The notes under the pieces: generated by a model | What the model was told of the DNA's origin: nothing | Seen by the model: the letters and a program-made list of their open reading frames with translations, nothing else | The model's database searches: none | Shown: piece by piece, positions 6,088 through 10,201 of the stretch | How positions within the stretch are numbered: the first letter of the stretch is position 1 | Layout of the letters: each line of letters begins with the position of its first letter | NCBI GenBank assembly: GCA_031370645.1 | Contig: JANMQV010000195.1 | Location: 1-10,201 of the forward strand | DNA: 10,201 bases | Origin: Candidatus Eiseniibacteriota bacterium | GTDB taxonomy: Bacteria; Eisenbacteria; RBG-16-71-46; SZUA-252 | Direction of reading: 5' to 3' | Translations under genes and position numbers: made by a program

Positions 6088-7506
6088 TTGCTCGCGCGCT
6101 CCCTTCGCGTGTCGTGGGTCATGTCCGCGGCGTTCGCCGCGATCTGGCTCCCCGCGAATCCGAACGCCGCGATCTCGCTCGCCGCGGGACAGATCCTGTC
6201 GGCGCTCAACTTCTTCTTTCTCGCCCGGCTTGTGAAACTCTTCACAGGTTCGGCGCGGATGGAAGATCGCGGAACCGCGGAATCGATGCGCGGGAAGGGC
6301 CTCCTTCTCGGCGGCGCGAAGCTCGCCGTCGTCTACGGCGGCGCGTTCGCCGTGACCCGCTGGCGCGGCATCGAATACCTCCCGCTCATGCTCGGTCTCT
6401 CCATGCCGCTCCTCGCCATCTTCCTCAAATCGATCATGCTGGCCCTTCCGGCCGGCGCCGCGAAATTCTCGCGGCGGGCAACTTCAACGGCCTCTCCCTC
6501 GCGGAGCCAGGCTAAGCTCGCCGCGTCCATTCTCCTCGTGGGCGCGCTTACGCTCCCGCTCGCGCTTCTTGGGCCGGCTCGCGCGTTCGCGAACGACCCG
6601 CCCGCCGCCGCGACCGCCGCCGAAGCGGGCCACGCAGACGGGAGCGCCGCCGCGACGACCGCCGAAGCGGGACAGGGCGAGGCCGCGCACGGGGAAGAAG
6701 GAAAGGGCGAAAGCGGCGAAGCGCACCTTCCGAATTGGATCACCATCGCGAACGACTACGCGCCGAACAATCCAGTCGTTCACTGGATGCACGAGAACGA
6801 ATTCCTCGTCTTCGCCTGGCTCGCCGGCGCGATCTTCCTGATTCTCGTGAAGGTCGTCATGAAGAGATCCGCGCCCGTGCCCGGCCACCTGCAGAACGCC
6901 ATCGAGTGGATCGTCGAGAGCATGGAGGACGTCTGCGGCGGGATGCTCGGAAAGCATCTTCCGAAGTACTTCCCCTTCATCATGGCGATCTTCTTCTACA
7001 TCCTCTTCATGAACCTGATCGGCATCATCCCCGGCTTCAAGTCCTCGACCTCCAACGTCGACGTCACGCTCGCCCTGGCGCTCGTGACGTTCCTCTCGGT
7101 GCAGGTTTCGGGAATGATCAATCTCGGGCCGCTCGGCTACCTCGACCACCTTGCCGGCTCGCCGCGCGACGTGATCGGGTTCTGCATGCTCCCCGTCATG
7201 ATCCCGGTGCACGTGCTGGGCGAACTCGTGAAGCCGGTCAGCCTCTCGTGCCGTCTTTTCGGCAACATCTTCGGCGAAGACACGCTCATCGTCGTCTTCG
7301 TCGGCGTCGCGGCGTTCTGCCTGAAGGCAAGCCTCCTGGCGCTCGCGGTCCCGCCAATGGCGGGAATCACCGCGCTCTTCATGCTGCTCCAGACGCTCAC
7401 CGCCATCGTGCAGGCGCTGATCTTCTCGCTCCTGACGACCGTCTACCTCTACATGATGATTCCACACGAATCGCATGCGCACGAGGAGGGCGGCCATGCT
7501 CACTGA
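6088..7506 (+). CDS. atpB: F0 subunit a fused C-terminally to an AtpI-like membrane domain; true start may be 6055 or 6058
   Basis: aa ~215-460 are subunit a (PGHLQNAIE, FFYILFMNLIGIIPG, TSNVDVTLALA, KPVSLSCRLFGN with the essential Arg, VQALIFSLLTTVY). aa 1-120 carry four hydrophobic segments with G-x-ILSALNFFFL, AKLAV and MLGLS, like AtpI, at the atpI position. No stop between the two parts. Confidence 0.92.
   Translation: MLARSLRVSWVMSAAFAAIWLPANPNAAISLAAGQILSALNFFFLARLVKLFTGSARMEDRGTAESMRGKGLLLGGAKLAVVYGGAFAVTRWRGIEYLPLMLGLSMPLLAIFLKSIMLALPAGAAKFSRRATSTASPSRSQAKLAASILLVGALTLPLALLGPARAFANDPPAAATAAEAGHADGSAAATTAEAGQGEAAHGEEGKGESGEAHLPNWITIANDYAPNNPVVHWMHENEFLVFAWLAGAIFLILVKVVMKRSAPVPGHLQNAIEWIVESMEDVCGGMLGKHLPKYFPFIMAIFFYILFMNLIGIIPGFKSSTSNVDVTLALALVTFLSVQVSGMINLGPLGYLDHLAGSPRDVIGFCMLPVMIPVHVLGELVKPVSLSCRLFGNIFGEDTLIVVFVGVAAFCLKASLLALAVPPMAGITALFMLLQTLTAIVQALIFSLLTTVYLYMMIPHESHAHEEGGHAH
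6604..6671 (+). repeat. Imperfect direct repeat (26 bp x2, 42-bp period) in the linker before subunit a
   Basis: gccgccgcgaccgccgccgaagcggg (6604-6629) and gccgccgcgacgaccgccgaagcggg (6646-6671), encoding AAATAAEAG and AAATTAEAG. Confidence 0.8.
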
Positions 7507-7554
7507 TGTTGAAAACCCTGTGTCCCACGCGTCACGTCTCCAGGAGGTGAACCA

Positions 7555-7788
7555 ATGAATTTCGCCGCTACTCTCGGTCTTGCGCTTCCGATCGGCATCG
7601 GTCTCGCCGCCATCGGCTCCGGAATCGGCCTCGGCTTCATGGGCCGCGGTGCCATGGAGGCCATGGGTCGTCAGCCCGAAGTGCTTCCGAAGATCCAGGT
7701 CGCGATGATCATCGGCTTCGGCTTCATCGAAGCCCTCACGATCTACGCATTCGTCACCATGTTCATTCTTTCGGGAAAGATTCAGTAA
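7555..7788 (+). CDS. atpE: F0 subunit c (77 aa), H+-type signature
   Basis: GSGIGLG glycine motif, RQPE loop, ion-binding Glu in FIEALTIY; strong SD AGGAGGTG upstream. Confidence 0.98.
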   Translation: MNFAATLGLALPIGIGLAAIGSGIGLGFMGRGAMEAMGRQPEVLPKIQVAMIIGFGFIEALTIYAFVTMFILSGKIQ

Positions 7789-7801
7789 GGCGACGGAGGC
7801 A

Positions 7802-7826
7802 GCGTCCGGTCCCCTAGGCCGGACGC
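7802..7826 (+). other. Intergenic stem-loop between atpE and atpF
   Basis: GCGTCCGGTC (7802-7811) pairs with GGCCGGACGC (7817-7826): 10 bp with one G-U, 5-nt loop, no U tract. Confidence 0.65.
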
Positions 7827-7848
7827 CCCCGCGGCCCGAGGCCACGAC

Positions 7849-8337
7849 ATGAATCTCATTCACTGGAATCAGCTGCTCGCGCACGCGATCTCGTTCGTCA
7901 TCTTCTTCTTCCTCGTGCGCGGCGCCTTCATGGCGATCATCTACCCGCCCATGCAGGAGCGCCGCGAGCGGATCAAGGCGGAATACGAGCGCATCGAGCA
8001 GGAGAAGAAGGCCGTCGCGGACATGAAGTCGCAGTACGAGGGCCATCTCAAGCGGATCGAGGCCGAGAGCCGCGATCGGATCCAGGCGGCGGTGGCGGAA
8101 GGCCAGCGCATCGGGACCGAATTGCGCGATCTCGCACGGAAGGAAGCGCAGGAGACGCTGACCCGCGCCCGCGAGGAGATCGGACTCGAGCGCGACAAGG
8201 CTCGGATCACGCTTCGCGACGACGTCGTGAAACTGGCGATGGATATCGCGAGCAAGGTGGTTCATGAAGAGCTGAACGCCGAGAAACACAAGAAGTTGGT
8301 CGACGGCTTCCTCAAGGAAGTGGAGTCGGCGCGGTGA
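7849..8337 (+). CDS. atpF: F0 subunit b (162 aa)
   Basis: N-terminal TM, YPPMQERRERI, long charged coiled coil, C-terminal LAMDIASKVV...HKKLVDGFL; GAGG upstream. Confidence 0.96.
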   Translation: MNLIHWNQLLAHAISFVIFFFLVRGAFMAIIYPPMQERRERIKAEYERIEQEKKAVADMKSQYEGHLKRIEAESRDRIQAAVAEGQRIGTELRDLARKEAQETLTRAREEIGLERDKARITLRDDVVKLAMDIASKVVHEELNAEKHKKLVDGFLKEVESAR

Positions 8338-8885
8338 TCTCGGTCAGCCTCTCGCGCCGCTACGCGCGGGCCCTTCTGTCGCTGTCACAGCGCCGGGGCG
8401 ATTTGGAACGCACTCAGGGCGAGCTTCGCGAGTTGGCGGCGCTTTTCGCCCGGGACGTTCGCGTGCGGCGCTTCTTCGAGACGCCGAACATCGCGCGTTC
8501 GGAGAAGCTCGAGTTCCTGGAGGAGCGGTGGAGGCCGAAGTTCGGCGCCGCCGTGTATGGCCTCCTGATGGTGCTGTTGCGGCGCCGGCGGCTGGATCAT
8601 CTGGTCAGCATCGCGGAGGAGTTTCACAAACTTTCGGAGCAGGCCCAGGGAATCGTGCGCGCCACCGTGCGGAGCGCCGTGCCCCTCGACGAGGCGCAGG
8701 CGGACCGCTTGGTCGCCGTGCTCGGCCGCCGCTCCGGACTTCGAGTCGTGCTCACGAGAGAGACCGACGCCGGCGTCATCGGCGGCGCGGTCGTCTCCAT
8801 GGATCATCAAGTCATCGACGGCACCCTCGCCACGGAGTTCTGGCGCATCCGGCGTCAGCTCCTCCAGACGCGGGTCCACGGTTAA
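8334..8885 (+). CDS. atpH: F1 subunit delta (183 aa)
   Basis: SRRYARAL, ATVRSAVPL, DAGVIGGAVV and VIDGT motifs; GTG start overlaps the atpF stop (GTGA). Confidence 0.95.
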   Translation: MISVSLSRRYARALLSLSQRRGDLERTQGELRELAALFARDVRVRRFFETPNIARSEKLEFLEERWRPKFGAAVYGLLMVLLRRRRLDHLVSIAEEFHKLSEQAQGIVRATVRSAVPLDEAQADRLVAVLGRRSGLRVVLTRETDAGVIGGAVVSMDHQVIDGTLATEFWRIRRQLLQTRVHG

Positions 8886-8901
8886 CGGTTAGGGGAGCGG
8901 C

Positions 8902-10201
8902 ATGGCCTTCAAGCCCGAGGAAGTCAGTTCAGTACTCGAGCAGGAACTCGAGAAATACGAGTCCCGGCTCAAGATGGAAAGCGTCGGCACGGTGCTCCAG
9001 ACCGGGGACGGTATCGCCCGCGTCTGGGGGCTGGACGACGCGATGTCGGGCGAGCTGGTGCTTTTCCCGGGCGACGTCACCGGCGTCGTGCTGAACCTGG
9101 AAGAGGACAACGTCGGCGTCGCGCTCTTCGGCTCCGCGGAGCAGATCAAGCAGGGCGACACGGTACGCCGCACCGGGAAACTCGCCTCCGTTCCGGTCGG
9201 CGACGCGATGGCCGGCCGGGTGATCAACGCGATCGGACTCCCCATCGACGGCAAGGGCCCCATCGTCACCGACAAGTCGCGTCCGCTCGAGGGTGGCGCT
9301 CCCGGCGTGGTGGATCGGCAGCCCGTGAATCAGCCGGTGCAGACCGGCCTCAAGGCCATCGACTCGATGATTCCGATCGGACGCGGCCAGCGCGAGCTCA
9401 TCATCGGCGACCGCCAGACGGGGAAGACCGCCGTCGCGATCGACATGATCATCAATCAGAAGGGCACCGGCATCCGCTGCATCTACGTCGCCGTCGGACA
9501 AAAAGATTACACGGTCGCGAAGGTCGTGAAGATTCTCGAAGACCGCGGCGCCATGGAATTCACCACCGTCGTCGCGGCCGGCGCTTCCGAATCGGCGCCG
9601 CTTCAGTACATCGCGCCCTTCACCGGTTGTTCGATCGGCGAGGACGTCCGCGACCGCGGCGGCCACGCGCTCGTGATCTACGACGATCTCTCGAAGCACG
9701 CGGCCGCGTACCGCCAGCTATCGCTTCTGCTCCGCCGTCCGCCGGGCCGCGAGGCGTTCCCCGGAGACGTCTTCTATCTCCACTCGCGCCTCCTCGAGCG
9801 CGCCGCCAAACTGAACGATCAGTTGGGCGCGGGCTCGCTCACGGCCATTCCGATCATCGAAACGCAGGCCGGCGACGTCTCGTCCTACATTCCGACGAAC
9901 GTCATCTCGATCACGGACGGACAGATCTTCCTCGAGACCGACCTTTTCTACTCGGGCGTTCGCCCGGCCATCAACGTCGGCATTTCGGTTTCGCGCGTCG
10001 GCGGCAAGGCGCAGACGAAGGCCATGAAAAAGGTGGCCGGCCGTCTCCGTCTCGACCTCGCGCAGTACCGCGAATTGGCGGCCTTCTCGCAGTTCGGCTC
10101 CGACCTCGACAAGGCGACGCAGGAACAGCTGACGCGCGGCGAGCGGATGGTGGAACTCCTGAAGCAGGGCCAGTACCAGCCGCTTTCGGTGGAGCGCCAG
10201 G
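8902..10201 (+). CDS. atpA: F1 subunit alpha, 3' truncated by the window
   Basis: GGGGAG then ATG 8902: [12 protein letters not shown]...GDGIARV...LNLEEDNVG; Walker A GDRQTGKT at 9406-9429; [45 protein letters not shown]. Frame open to the window end. Not in the ORF track. Confidence 0.99.
   Translation, partial: MAFKPEEVSSVLEQELEKYESRLKMESVGTVLQTGDGIARVWGLDDAMSGELVLFPGDVTGVVLNLEEDNVGVALFGSAEQIKQGDTVRRTGKLASVPVGDAMAGRVINAIGLPIDGKGPIVTDKSRPLEGGAPGVVDRQPVNQPVQTGLKAIDSMIPIGRGQRELIIGDRQTGKTAVAIDMIINQKGTGIRCIYVAVGQKDYTVAKVVKILEDRGAMEFTTVVAAGASESAPLQYIAPFTGCSIGEDVRDRGGHALVIYDDLSKHAAAYRQLSLLLRRPPGREAFPGDVFYLHSRLLERAAKLNDQLGAGSLTAIPIIETQAGDVSSYIPTNVISITDGQIFLETDLFYSGVRPAINVGISVSRVGGKAQTKAMKKVAGRLRLDLAQYRELAAFSQFGSDLDKATQEQLTRGERMVELLKQGQYQPLSVERQ

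Noticed and set aside
6436-6438. Independent atpB start at the internal ATG 6436
   Set aside because: No SD upstream, it lies within the last AtpI-like helix, and no stop would end AtpI; not strictly excluded.
6484-9699. Minus-strand ORFs 6484-8289, 8385-8879 and 8929-9699
   Set aside because: Antisense shadows of well-supported atp genes.
5824-10201. N-ATPase or Na+-coupled ATP synthase
   Set aside because: A separate delta gene is present, gene order is the standard B-E-F-H-A, and subunit c lacks the Na+ ligands.
1-10201. CRISPR array, transposase/integrase, rRNA
   Set aside because: No repeat-spacer periodicity or mobile-element/rRNA signatures; the direct repeats found are in-frame coding repeats.

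Overview
GC-rich bacterial DNA with two divergent gene clusters separated by a ~750-bp non-coding region. Minus strand, in transcription order: an ECF sigma factor with degenerate core motifs, a translationally coupled zinc-binding membrane anti-sigma, cheA (no P2 domain, two CheW-like domains), cheW and the 5' end of a chemoreceptor. Plus strand: the start of an F-type, probably H+-coupled, ATP synthase operon (atpZ, atpI-atpB, atpE, atpF, atpH, partial atpA). Three things stand out. (1) AtpI and subunit a are encoded as one ORF joined by what looks like an internal signal peptide with a signal peptidase I site, i.e. a candidate polyprotein; this ORF is in frame with atpZ across one amber codon and has no well-supported canonical start. 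(2) The intergenic region holds a sigma54-like promoter with an IHF-like site in front of a ~200-nt highly structured plus-strand sequence, a candidate unannotated ncRNA. (3) The ECF has AASG in place of the DAED core-binding motif. All calls were made by eye; no searches or folding programs were run.
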